Source of the DNA: Candidatus Nealsonbacteria bacterium
GTDB taxonomy: Bacteria; Patescibacteriota; Minisyncoccia; Minisyncoccales; RBG-13-36-15
Direction: 5' to 3'
NCBI GenBank assembly: GCA_011050465.1
Contig: DRFQ01000010.1
Span: forward strand, 15,514 to 79,513
DNA: 64,000 bases
The notes under the pieces are model-generated. The model made no database searches. It was not told the DNA's origin and saw nothing but the letters and a program-made list of their open reading frames with translations. Below, in pieces: positions 26,060 to 35,667 of the stretch. Position 1 is the stretch's first letter. Each line of letters begins with the position of its first letter. The position numbers were made by a program, and so were the translations under genes.

Positions 26060-28222
26060 ATGCGGGAACAACTTATTAATATTTTTTCAAAAATTATTGA
26101 GTGGGGATTAATTCTTCTGGTTTTTTTATTACCCTTGTTTTTTCTTCCGATAACTACGGAAGCTTTTGAATTTCCTAAACAGCTATTGCTTATCTTTTTT
26201 GTGAGCGTTTTAACGATTATTTGGGCAATCAAGATGATTCTGGAAAGGTCAGTCAAGATACTTCACAGCCCTCTGACAATACCTATTCTTGCTTTCTTTG
26301 GCTTTTTCTTTCTTTCAACAGTCTTTTCTGTTCATCGTTTTGCCTCAATTTTTGGCTCCTATCCCAGGTTTAACGATGGCTTAGTCAGCCTTTTTATCTA
26401 TCTTCTTGTTTTTTTCTTAGTGGCCTCCAATATTAAAGAAAACAAACAGATTGTTAGAATTTTAGCTTTTATCAGCTTTTCCGGAGTTTTAGTCGCCATT
26501 TTAGGAATTTTGAATTTCTTTGACTTTTATCTTTTGGCTAATTTACTAAAGAATCCCCTGATAACTCCGGCTGGTTTTGCGGATAGAACTGTTTTCTTCT
26601 TAGCAATTTTGTTCCCGATTATATACTGGGTTTTTCTGTTTGAAAAGAAAAAAATCTTTCAGGTTCTTTCGGCTCTTACTGGCTTCCTTTTTCTCTTTTA
26701 CATTTTTCTAATTTCGCATTTGGCAGCAATTTCAGCTGTTTTTTTGGTTTTTCTTTTACTTCCTGCCTTGGGTCGCTTTCAGCTCTCAAAAGTAATAGCG
26801 ATTAAAGTTGGAATTGTTTTTTTAACTTTCCTTTTCCTTTTGGCTATCAACAATATCGGATTTATTAAATCTCAAATCCCATTTCTCAAAGATAGAACTG
26901 TTCAACACGAATTAAAAATTAGTCCAAATACAGCCTGGGCAATTACCACGGGTTCTTTTCAGAATTTAAAACTTTTAACTCTGGGCTCAGGACCAGGGAC
27001 CTATCTTTTTGACTTCACGTCTTTCAAGCCGATTGGATTCAATCAAACTCCTTTCTGGAATCTTCGTTTCGAAAGGTCTTTTAATGAATATTTTCAAATT
27101 ATATCCACCTTGGGAATTTTAGCTTTCTTTGCTTTTCTGTGGATTTTGTTTAGATTTTTTCAAATGGCCAGGGAGGTCCGGAAGAAAATAACTTCTGAAA
27201 ACAAAGAAAGTCATACTTTAGCTTTTGGACTATTCTCTTCTTTGTCTGTCTTTTTATTGATTTCCTTATTTACTTCCTCTTTTACTTTAATTTACTTTAC
27301 ATTTTGGTTGTTTTTAGGATTGGCCGTATCTTTTTCTCGTATAGCTGGTTTAGGACGTTCGGCTGAGCTCAGTCGAAGCCCTGGAGTTAGAGATATTGAG
27401 CTTTCTTTAGCTACCATTCAGATTCGAGGGATAAGCGAAAGGAAGGGCGAGATTATGCCCTGGTTGGCAGCAGCTTTTATTATTTTAGTTTTATTACCTT
27501 TATTGTGGAAAGAAGCAAAGATTGTTCAGGCCGAGCTTCATTTTGCCAGAGCCCAAATTGAACAGCTGCAAGAAAGCCCAGATCCTGATTTAATCTTGGG
27601 CTCTTTAGTTAGGGCCAGAAATATAATGCCAAATAATGACAGTTATCGGAGAGCTCTATCTGCAATCTCTCTTAATTTTACTATTTTGGCTGAGCAGCAA
27701 AAATTATTATCAGACGAAGCAAGGCAGCAACTTTTACAGACTGCAGTAATAGAAGGAGAGATGGCTGTTCGTTTGGCTCCCCATAATATTTTCAATTGGG
27801 AAAACCTCCAAAGAGTTTATAGTTTAGTTACTCTTGAAAATCAAGATGATCTATTAATAAACAATGTCTTTCCCCAAGAGATTTTGCTTGATCCAGCCAA
27901 TCCCAGACATAGGAATGATTTAGGTTGGACCTACTTTAACTTAAGGAACGACATTGAATTAGCTAAGAGAAATTTCCAAGATGCTATTTCTTTGAAGCCA
28001 GATTTTGTCGATGCCCATTATAGCTTAGCCAGAGTTTATAAAGAAGAAGGGAAAAGAGATTTGGCCTTACCCCAATATGAACAAACCTTGAATTTATTGA
28101 ATCAGCAAATTGCCTCTCTGGAACCAATTGCCTCAGCATGGCCAGACTTGCAAAGAACTTTAAATCAACTAAAACAACTTGAAGTTCAGATAAGGTCAGA
28201 GCAAGAAATCCTTTTACAATAA
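26060..28222 (+). CDS. O-antigen ligase/polymerase-like multi-pass membrane protein with C-terminal TPR repeats
   Basis: 720 aa. At least 10 TM helices in the first 480 aa, then TPR-like repeats (AHYSLARVYKEEGKRDLALPQYEQTL). Confidence 0.55.
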   Translation: MREQLINIFSKIIEWGLILLVFLLPLFFLPITTEAFEFPKQLLLIFFVSVLTIIWAIKMILERSVKILHSPLTIPILAFFGFFFLSTVFSVHRFASIFGSYPRFNDGLVSLFIYLLVFFLVASNIKENKQIVRILAFISFSGVLVAILGILNFFDFYLLANLLKNPLITPAGFADRTVFFLAILFPIIYWVFLFEKKKIFQVLSALTGFLFLFYIFLISHLAAISAVFLVFLLLPALGRFQLSKVIAIKVGIVFLTFLFLLAINNIGFIKSQIPFLKDRTVQHELKISPNTAWAITTGSFQNLKLLTLGSGPGTYLFDFTSFKPIGFNQTPFWNLRFERSFNEYFQIISTLGILAFFAFLWILFRFFQMAREVRKKITSENKESHTLAFGLFSSLSVFLLISLFTSSFTLIYFTFWLFLGLAVSFSRIAGLGRSAELSRSPGVRDIELSLATIQIRGISERKGEIMPWLAAAFIILVLLPLLWKEAKIVQAELHFARAQIEQLQESPDPDLILGSLVRARNIMPNNDSYRRALSAISLNFTILAEQQKLLSDEARQQLLQTAVIEGEMAVRLAPHNIFNWENLQRVYSLVTLENQDDLLINNVFPQEILLDPANPRHRNDLGWTYFNLRNDIELAKRNFQDAISLKPDFVDAHYSLARVYKEEGKRDLALPQYEQTLNLLNQQIASLEPIASAWPDLQRTLNQLKQLEVQIRSEQEILLQ

Positions 28223-28355
28223 ATTGAAGCAAAAAAAGAGCAACCCCTAGAGATAGTGCCCGAAGAAGAGATAACATCTGGAGAAGAAGTAGAGGAAGAA
28301 TAATCAAGGAAGGGCTGACCCTGCACTTATTTTGTCCTACAGAAACTTGGAGATT

Positions 28356-28387
28356 AACCCTTCACCTTTAGCTAAAGGTGAAGGGTT
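28356..28387. repeat. 28-nt perfect palindrome, copy 1 (cccttcaccttta-gc-taaaggtgaaggg)
   Basis: Second copy at 58841-58868. Each lies downstream of a long + strand gene. Confidence 0.85.
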
Positions 28388-28653
28388 GACAAACTATTTA
28401 AAACGAGTAAACTTAAAAATAGACCATTTGTAATCAAAGGGTATTTTTTATATATTTGATTCAGGTTTTCTCAATTGATTTCTATAAACAATTAAAACTT
28501 TAAACAATTTCCTACCCTAAAAAAAATTAAATTTAGGGATTTTTTGCGTTTTATTCGGCTCTACGAATCTAAACGGATTACGAATATCGACCCTCCGGGG
28601 GAGTCGCTAATGAGACAGCGTAATTCGATAAAATTCGTAACTAGTGAAAAACT

Positions 28654-31600
28654 ATGAAGAAGGTCAAAACAAAAAACTTCGGGAAATCAAAAGTTCGACT
28701 TTCTTTACCTTATTTACTTGAACAACAGCAAGAAAGCTGGAAGAATTTTTGTCGAAGAGATCTAAAAGAGCTTTTCGTTGAGATGTCACCAATTCGGGAT
28801 TATACCGGCAAAGAGCTGGAGCTTTGGTTTTTAGATTATAAATTAGATACGCCCAATTATAAGTCTGACTTAGAGGCGAAGCAGAATAATGATTCTTACG
28901 CAGCCCCTCTGAGAGTAAAAACCAGGCTAGTTAATTTAAAAACAAAAGAGATTAAAGAACAAGAAGTATTTTTAGCTGATTTCCCTCTTATGACTGAACG
29001 GGGTACTTTTGTTGTCAATGGGGTTGAGAGAGTAGTTATCTCTCAGCTTATTCGTTCGCCAGGTGTTTTCTTTACGATGCAGACTAGCGGGGGAAAAAAC
29101 TATTTTGGTGCAAAGATTATTCCAAACAGAGGAGCTTGGTTGGAATTTGAGACGGAAAGTACGGGTTTCATTGGAGTTAAAGTTGATCGGAGAAGAAAAG
29201 TATCAGCCACCATGCTGCTGAGAGCTTTGGGAATTGATAAAGAAAATCAGATAAAAGAACTTTTTCAAGATGTAGACAACGACCCCGAAATTAAATATAT
29301 TGAGGAAACTTTAAAGCGCGATTCCACCCACAACCAGCCAGAGGCCTTGGTTGAAATTTATCGAAGATTAAGGCCAGGAGACTTAACCACCCCGGATACT
29401 GCCCGTGAACTGTTTGAGAATATGTTCTTTAAATTTGAGAGGTATGATTTATCTAAAGTAGGAAGATGGAGAATGTGGCAGAGATTATCAGAGTTAAGGA
29501 GCCGTAAATTACGAGATAAAAACAAAAAAGAGAAAAAAGTTTTAACTCAAAACTCTGGAGAGGAAATTACTGTTTCAGACAGAGTATTAAAGCCAGAAGA
29601 CATTGTTGCTGTCTTAAGAGAAATTATTCGTTTAAATAACGATCCCGAAGGAAAACCAGATCAAATTGACCATTTGGGAACCAGGAGGGTAAGGGTTTTC
29701 TCGGAGCTTTTGCAAAATAGATTAAGGGTGGGACTAATGAGAATGGAAAGAATAATCAAAGACAGGATGTCAACTTTAGACGTTTATACTCTAACCCCTG
29801 CCCAGGTTATTAATCCCAGGCCGTTCATGGCAGTGGTAAGAGAATTTTTTACCTCAAGCCAGATTGCTCAATTCATGGATAATGAAAATCCTTTAGCTGA
29901 ATTAGAGCACAAAAGAAGATTATCAGCTACTGGACCCGGCGGTTTAACGAGGGAGCGAGCCGGTTTTGAAGTGAGAGACGTTCAGCCTTCTCACTATGGC
30001 AGAATTTGTCCCATCCAAACTCCGGAGGGACCAAATATTGGCTTAGTTGGACATTTGGCTTCTTTTGCCAAGATTAATCCTTATGGATTTTTAGAAACTC
30101 CCTATTTTAAAGTGAAAAAAGGTAAAGTTACTTCAGAAATTCATTACCTTAATGCTTATGAAGAAGAGAAATATAATATTGCTTCAGCCAGCATTCTTCT
30201 TGATAAAGATAATAAGATTTTATCTTCCAAAGTGGAAGCTCGAATAAAAGGAGAGCCAGGAAAGATAGAAAAAGAAAAAATTGATTTTGTTGATGTTTCT
30301 TCTGAACAATCTATTTCGGTTGCTACTTCCTGCATTCCTTTCTTGCAGAATGATGATGCTAATCGCGCCCTAATGGGTTCAAATATGCAGAGACAGGCTG
30401 TGTCTTTAATAAAACCAGAAATTCCTTTAGTTGCTACCGGAATAGAAAGGAATGTTGCTACAGACTCGGGACAGGGAGTGATAGCTCCGGAAGACGGGAC
30501 AGTTATTAGGGTGGATGCCAGTCAGATAACACTAAAAATGAAAGGGAAAAAACCTGAAATCCAGAGATATGAATTGCGAACTTTTCTTCGAACCAATCAA
30601 TATACCTCTTTTCATCAACGGCCAGTAGTCAAGAAAGGAGACATTGTTAAACGAGGAGACATTTTGGCCGATGGAGGGGGAATCTCTCGAGGATTTTTAG
30701 CCTTAGGCCAAAATATCTTAGTGGCTTTCTTGATTTGGCGGGGAAGTAATTTTGAAGATGCAATAATTATTTCTAAAAAATTAGTGCAAGATGATATCTT
30801 TACTTCTATTCATATAGAAGATTTTACTTGCGATGTTCGGGAAACAAAACTGGGGCCCGAAATTACTACCGCTGACATTCCTAATGTTGGAGAAGAAAGA
30901 TTAAAAGATTTAGACGAAGAAGGAATAATTAGGATTGGAGCCGAGGTTGGACCAAGCGATATCTTGGTTGGGAAAATCTCTCCTAAAGGAGAGGCTGATT
31001 TAACCTCCGAAGAAAGATTGCTGCGAGTAATCTTTGGAGAAAAAGCCAGAGAAGTTAAAGACAGCTCTTTAAGAATGGAACACGGAAAGAGAGGAAGGGT
31101 GGTTGAAGTGAAGCTTTGGGAAAGAGAGAAGGGGGCGAAGTTAGAACCTGGAGTAATCAAAAGAATTCAAGTGGAGATAGCTGAAATTCGAAAAATTCAA
31201 GCCGGAGATAAATTAACCGGTCGTCACGGAAACAAAGGGATAGTTGCTCGAGTCTTACCGGCCGAAGAAATGCCTTTTTTGGCAGATGGCACGCCGGTCG
31301 ATATGATTTTGAATCCCTTGGGTGTTTCCTCAAGAATGAACCTTGGTCAGATTTTAGAAACTCATCTTGGCTGGGCAGCTAAAAAGCTGGGTTACATTGC
31401 TTTGTCTCCGGCACTAGCCGGAGCAACCGAAAAAGATATAAAAATCGAGCTAAAGGCAGCCGGCCTACCAGAAGACGGAAAAGTAACCTTATTTGACGGA
31501 GTGACCGGTGAACCTTTTGGGGCCAAAATTACAGTTGGCTACATTTATATGATGAAGTTGATTCATATGGTGGTTGACAAGATTCATATGCGTTCCATTG

Positions 31601-31899
31601 GCCCCTATTCTTTAATAACCCAACAGCCTTTGGGGGGGAAAGCTCAATTCGGTGGTCAGAGATTTGGAGAAATGGAAGTTTGGGCTTTAGAGGGTTACGG
31701 GGCAGCTCACGTTCTTCAAGAAATTTTAACTATCAAATCTGATGATGTTCCGGGAAGAACAGCTGCCTATGAAGCAATTTTAAAAGGAGAGAAGATTAAG
31801 AGTCCTAATATTCCTGCTTCTTTTAACCTTTTAGTCAACGAAATGAAAGCTTTGGGACTGAATATTGAAGTGATAGAAAAACCCAAAGACAGAGAATAA
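28654..31899 (+). CDS. rpoB: DNA-directed RNA polymerase subunit beta
   Basis: 1081 aa. TERGTFVVNGVERVVISQL, GRHGNKG, FGEMEVWALE motifs. Confidence 0.97.
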   Translation: MKKVKTKNFGKSKVRLSLPYLLEQQQESWKNFCRRDLKELFVEMSPIRDYTGKELELWFLDYKLDTPNYKSDLEAKQNNDSYAAPLRVKTRLVNLKTKEIKEQEVFLADFPLMTERGTFVVNGVERVVISQLIRSPGVFFTMQTSGGKNYFGAKIIPNRGAWLEFETESTGFIGVKVDRRRKVSATMLLRALGIDKENQIKELFQDVDNDPEIKYIEETLKRDSTHNQPEALVEIYRRLRPGDLTTPDTARELFENMFFKFERYDLSKVGRWRMWQRLSELRSRKLRDKNKKEKKVLTQNSGEEITVSDRVLKPEDIVAVLREIIRLNNDPEGKPDQIDHLGTRRVRVFSELLQNRLRVGLMRMERIIKDRMSTLDVYTLTPAQVINPRPFMAVVREFFTSSQIAQFMDNENPLAELEHKRRLSATGPGGLTRERAGFEVRDVQPSHYGRICPIQTPEGPNIGLVGHLASFAKINPYGFLETPYFKVKKGKVTSEIHYLNAYEEEKYNIASASILLDKDNKILSSKVEARIKGEPGKIEKEKIDFVDVSSEQSISVATSCIPFLQNDDANRALMGSNMQRQAVSLIKPEIPLVATGIERNVATDSGQGVIAPEDGTVIRVDASQITLKMKGKKPEIQRYELRTFLRTNQYTSFHQRPVVKKGDIVKRGDILADGGGISRGFLALGQNILVAFLIWRGSNFEDAIIISKKLVQDDIFTSIHIEDFTCDVRETKLGPEITTADIPNVGEERLKDLDEEGIIRIGAEVGPSDILVGKISPKGEADLTSEERLLRVIFGEKAREVKDSSLRMEHGKRGRVVEVKLWEREKGAKLEPGVIKRIQVEIAEIRKIQAGDKLTGRHGNKGIVARVLPAEEMPFLADGTPVDMILNPLGVSSRMNLGQILETHLGWAAKKLGYIALSPALAGATEKDIKIELKAAGLPEDGKVTLFDGVTGEPFGAKITVGYIYMMKLIHMVVDKIHMRSIGPYSLITQQPLGGKAQFGGQRFGEMEVWALEGYGAAHVLQEILTIKSDDVPGRTAAYEAILKGEKIKSPNIPASFNLLVNEMKALGLNIEVIEKPKDRE

Positions 31900-31967
31900 A
31901 AAACAGACAACAAAAAACAATAAATGGAGAATATTACTCTTGTTTATTATTTTTTATTTATCAAATT

Positions 31968-34900
31968 ATGCGTGTAATTGATATCGACTCAATTAGAATA
32001 AAAATAGCTTCGCCCGAAGTAATTCTTTCTTGGTCCCATGGAGAAGTAACAAAACCAGAAACTATTAACTATCGGACCCAAAGGACGGAGAAAGATGGTC
32101 TTTTCTGCGAAAAGATTTTTGGACCGACCAAGGATTATGAATGTTATTGCGGAAAATATCGAAGGATTCGTTATAAGAAAGTTGTTTGTGATAAGTGCGG
32201 GGTGGAGGTAATAAAGTCCCAGGTCAGAAGAGAAAGAATGGGTCACATCAAATTAACCTCGCCGGTTTCTCATATCTGGTTTTTAAGAGGAGTTCCTTCA
32301 AGAATCGGGATGGTTTTAAATATGCCCCTTCAGCAGGTAGAAAAAGTTATCTATTTTGTGGCTTATATTATTACCGGCGTTTCAGAAGAAGCTAGAAATA
32401 AAGTCTTAGAGGAGATAGAGAAAGAATATAAAAGAAAGATGAAGGAGGTAAGGTTGAAAGGAAAAAAGAAACAGTCGGCTAAGCTGCTTGAGTTAAAGAG
32501 AATGAGAGACATAGCTAAAGAAGAGCTTCGGAGCATAAAGCCCTTAAGAATTCTATCTGAAACCGAATATCATCGTCTTTCTCTAAAATACGGAGAAGTT
32601 TTTGAAGCAGGTTCAGGAGCAGAAATTTTAAGAAAAATTTTCGAGAAAATAGACCTTAAAAAAGAAATAAAGAAGTTAAAAAAAGAGCTAGAAACCACCT
32701 CGTCAATTAATCGAGGAAAAGTTTTAAGAAGACTAAAGCTTTTCCAAGGGATGATGAAGGCAGCAATCAGGCCAGAATGGATGTTTTTAACAGTTTTACC
32801 GGTTCTACCCCCAGATTTACGGCCAATGGTTCAACTTGACGGTGGAAGATATGCTTCTTCTGACCTTAACGATCTTTACCGACGGGTAATTAACCGGGAT
32901 AATCGATTGAAATATTTACTTGAGGTTTCAGCTCCTGAGGTTATTGTTCGGAACGAAAGAAGAATGTTGCAAGAAGCTGTTGATGCTTTGATTGACAATA
33001 CCATGAGGAAAGGAACAACCACTCAAGCCACCACCGGAGGGAGAAGGCTTTTAAAGTCTCTGGCTGATATATTGAAAGGAAAACAGGGAAGATTTAGGCA
33101 AAATTTATTAGGCAAGAGAGTCGATTATTCTGGAAGATCAGTTATTGTTGTCGGGCCGGAGCTTAAACTCTATCAGGTGGGGATACCAAAGAAAATGGCT
33201 TTGGAACTCTTTAAGCCTTTTGTTATTCAGAAGATTTTAGAGAAAGAATTAGCTTATAATATCCGAGGAGCCTCTCGATTGATTGAGCAGGAAATTGATG
33301 AAGTTTGGGCGATGCTGGAAGAGGTGGTTAAAGATAAATTGGTTTTGCTTAATCGGGCCCCTACTTTGCACCGATTAGGGATTCAGGCCTTTCAACCTTT
33401 ATTGATTGAAGGAGAGGCACTTAGAATTCATCCTTTAGTTTGCAAGGCATTCAACGCCGATTTTGATGGAGATCAGATGGCGGTTCACATTCTATTGTCT
33501 CAAGGTGCCCAGCAAGAAGCTCGACGATTAATCTTATCTACTGTCAATTTATTGAAATCAGCCACCGGTACTCCTATTGTTACCCCCACTCAAGACATCG
33601 TTCTTGGTTGTTTTTGGATTACAAAAATAGAAAAAGGGGCTCGAGGTGAAGGCAAAATATTCGGTTCTCAAAATGAAGCTATTTTGGCCTATGACACAAA
33701 GACCGTTGACCTAAGAGCAAGAATTAAAGTCAGATTAGGAAAGGAATTTATAGAAACTTCGGTAGGACGAATTCTTTTCAACATAACCCTACCTTCAGAG
33801 ATTGCTTTTGTTAACGAAGAAGTAAACGGAAAACGGTTAGATAAAATAGTTAGCCTGATTATTGAAAAAATAGGATTGAAAGATTCTCATCCATATTTAG
33901 ATAAGATTAAAACCTTAGGATTTGAGATTGCGACCCAAGCTGGAATTACTTGGGGAATGGATGATTTAATAGTGCCAAAAGAGAAGAAACAAATTATTAG
34001 CAAAGCTGAAGAGAATATAGAGAGAATTGATAAACACTATCAAAAAGGATTATTATCTCGGGAAGAAAAATCTTTTCAAGTAATTGAAACTTGGCAGAGA
34101 GCAAAATTGGAGATTGAGAAATTAGTGCCCAAAACCCTACCGCCCCTAGGTCCAGTTTCTCTAATTATTAATTCAGGGGCTAAAGGAAGCTGGGCTCAGC
34201 CAATCCAGATGACGGGAATGAAGGGTTTGGTTATTAATCCAATGGGTAAGATTCTTGAGCTTCCGGTAAAAAGTTCATATAAAGAGGGATTTGATATTTT
34301 GGAATACTTTATTTCAACCCATGGAGCAAGAAAGGGGACGGCTGATACCGCCCTAAGAACTGCAACGGCTGGATATTTAACCCGTCGTCTTATTGACGTT
34401 GCTCATGAAGTCATTATTACCGAAGAAGACTGCCGGGACGACAAAGGAATTACTGTTTTTAAAAAAGATGCAATTGAGCTTGGTCAGAACTTTCTTTTCA
34501 AGATTTTAGGGAGAATAAATCTTCAGGATATAAAAATAAAGGGAAAACACCCTAACATTAAGAAAGGGGAAATTATTAATTGGGAGAAAGCTCATTTTAT
34601 TGATGATTCAGGAGTTGAAGAGGTAAGTGTTCGTTCTCCTTTGAGCTGCAAAACCCTATTGGGGGTTTGCGGACAATGCTATGGCTGGGATTTAGGTCAA
34701 AACCAAGAAGTTAAATTAGGAGAGGCAGTAGGCATTATTGCTGCTCAAGCAATTGGCGAACCAGGCACCCAATTAACGATGAGAACTTTTCATTTAGGAG
34801 GAGTGGTTGGCGAAGGAGATATTACTTTGGGTCTACCAAGAGTTGAAGAAGTTTTTGAAACCCGTTCCCCCGTGAGAAAAGCAATTGTTTCCACAATAGA

Positions 34901-35609
34901 AGGAGAGGTGGTAGAGATTACTCCGGAACGAATTATTAAAATAAGGAAGAAAGGCCAGAAAACCCCACACCAGAACCCCAAAGGAAAGCCTTCGGCTTCC
35001 TACGGGGCAGGCAAGTTCGGCGCGGGGCAGGTAGAAAAGAAACAGAAAAAATCAGTGGCAGAAATAGTTGAATATGAAATTCCTGCTCCAAATCCTATTT
35101 TAATTAACCCAGGCAATGAAGTGAAAATAGGCCAACAACTTTCCGAGGGCAGCATTGATCTAAAAGAGCTTTTTAAATTAACCAACCAAAGAGAAACCCA
35201 GAGATATATCGTTAAAGAAATTCAAAACATTTATGTTTCTCAAGGAGCAATTATTCATGATAAACATATTGAAGTAATAGTTAGACAAATGTTTTCCCGG
35301 GTTAGGATTAAAGACGAAGGAGACAGCGGTTTTTCGGCAGGAGAAGTTGTTGAGAAAGGATACCTGTTTGAGGAAAATCTAAGATTAAGAAAAGAGAACA
35401 AAAAACCTGCTACTTTTCAGCCTATTCTTTTGGGTATTTCAAAGGTTGCCTTAACCACAGATTCATTTTTGTCAGCTGCTTCCTTCCAGGAAACTTCCCG
35501 GGTTTTAATTAAAGCAGCTATTGAGGGCAAAAAAGATAGGTTAAGGGGTCTTAAAGAAAATGTAATTATCGGGAAACTTATTCCAGCCGGTACCGGTTTT
35601 CGAAAATAG
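31968..35609 (+). CDS. rpoC: DNA-directed RNA polymerase subunit beta'
   Basis: 1213 aa. CYCGKYRRIRYKKVVCDKCG zinc motif, NADFDGDQMAVH catalytic motif. Confidence 0.97.
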   Translation: MRVIDIDSIRIKIASPEVILSWSHGEVTKPETINYRTQRTEKDGLFCEKIFGPTKDYECYCGKYRRIRYKKVVCDKCGVEVIKSQVRRERMGHIKLTSPVSHIWFLRGVPSRIGMVLNMPLQQVEKVIYFVAYIITGVSEEARNKVLEEIEKEYKRKMKEVRLKGKKKQSAKLLELKRMRDIAKEELRSIKPLRILSETEYHRLSLKYGEVFEAGSGAEILRKIFEKIDLKKEIKKLKKELETTSSINRGKVLRRLKLFQGMMKAAIRPEWMFLTVLPVLPPDLRPMVQLDGGRYASSDLNDLYRRVINRDNRLKYLLEVSAPEVIVRNERRMLQEAVDALIDNTMRKGTTTQATTGGRRLLKSLADILKGKQGRFRQNLLGKRVDYSGRSVIVVGPELKLYQVGIPKKMALELFKPFVIQKILEKELAYNIRGASRLIEQEIDEVWAMLEEVVKDKLVLLNRAPTLHRLGIQAFQPLLIEGEALRIHPLVCKAFNADFDGDQMAVHILLSQGAQQEARRLILSTVNLLKSATGTPIVTPTQDIVLGCFWITKIEKGARGEGKIFGSQNEAILAYDTKTVDLRARIKVRLGKEFIETSVGRILFNITLPSEIAFVNEEVNGKRLDKIVSLIIEKIGLKDSHPYLDKIKTLGFEIATQAGITWGMDDLIVPKEKKQIISKAEENIERIDKHYQKGLLSREEKSFQVIETWQRAKLEIEKLVPKTLPPLGPVSLIINSGAKGSWAQPIQMTGMKGLVINPMGKILELPVKSSYKEGFDILEYFISTHGARKGTADTALRTATAGYLTRRLIDVAHEVIITEEDCRDDKGITVFKKDAIELGQNFLFKILGRINLQDIKIKGKHPNIKKGEIINWEKAHFIDDSGVEEVSVRSPLSCKTLLGVCGQCYGWDLGQNQEVKLGEAVGIIAAQAIGEPGTQLTMRTFHLGGVVGEGDITLGLPRVEEVFETRSPVRKAIVSTIEGEVVEITPERIIKIRKKGQKTPHQNPKGKPSASYGAGKFGAGQVEKKQKKSVAEIVEYEIPAPNPILINPGNEVKIGQQLSEGSIDLKELFKLTNQRETQRYIVKEIQNIYVSQGAIIHDKHIEVIVRQMFSRVRIKDEGDSGFSAGEVVEKGYLFEENLRLRKENKKPATFQPILLGISKVALTTDSFLSAASFQETSRVLIKAAIEGKKDRLRGLKENVIIGKLIPAGTGFRK

Positions 35610-35652
35610 CTGAAAACCCCGAAGGAATGTTTTCGACATCCTACGGGGCAGA

Positions 35653-35661
35653 TGATATAAT
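35653..35661 (+). promoter_or_regulatory. Extended -10 element (TGaTATAAT) 6 nt upstream of the ftsK GTG
   Basis: Exact TGnTATAAT. Confidence 0.45.
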
Positions 35662-35667
35662 AGAAGC

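Noticed and set aside
28800-35200. Antisense or out-of-frame ORFs inside rpoB/rpoC (30810..31160, 31989..32246, 32195..32395, 34790..34981, 35000..35185), with similar ones inside valS, recG, pilB, pilT, pilC, pilD, groEL, uvrA, the phosphomutase and the 1020-aa protein
   Set aside because: Each is fully nested in a strongly supported conserved gene and has a low-complexity translation. There is no independent evidence for overlapping genes.
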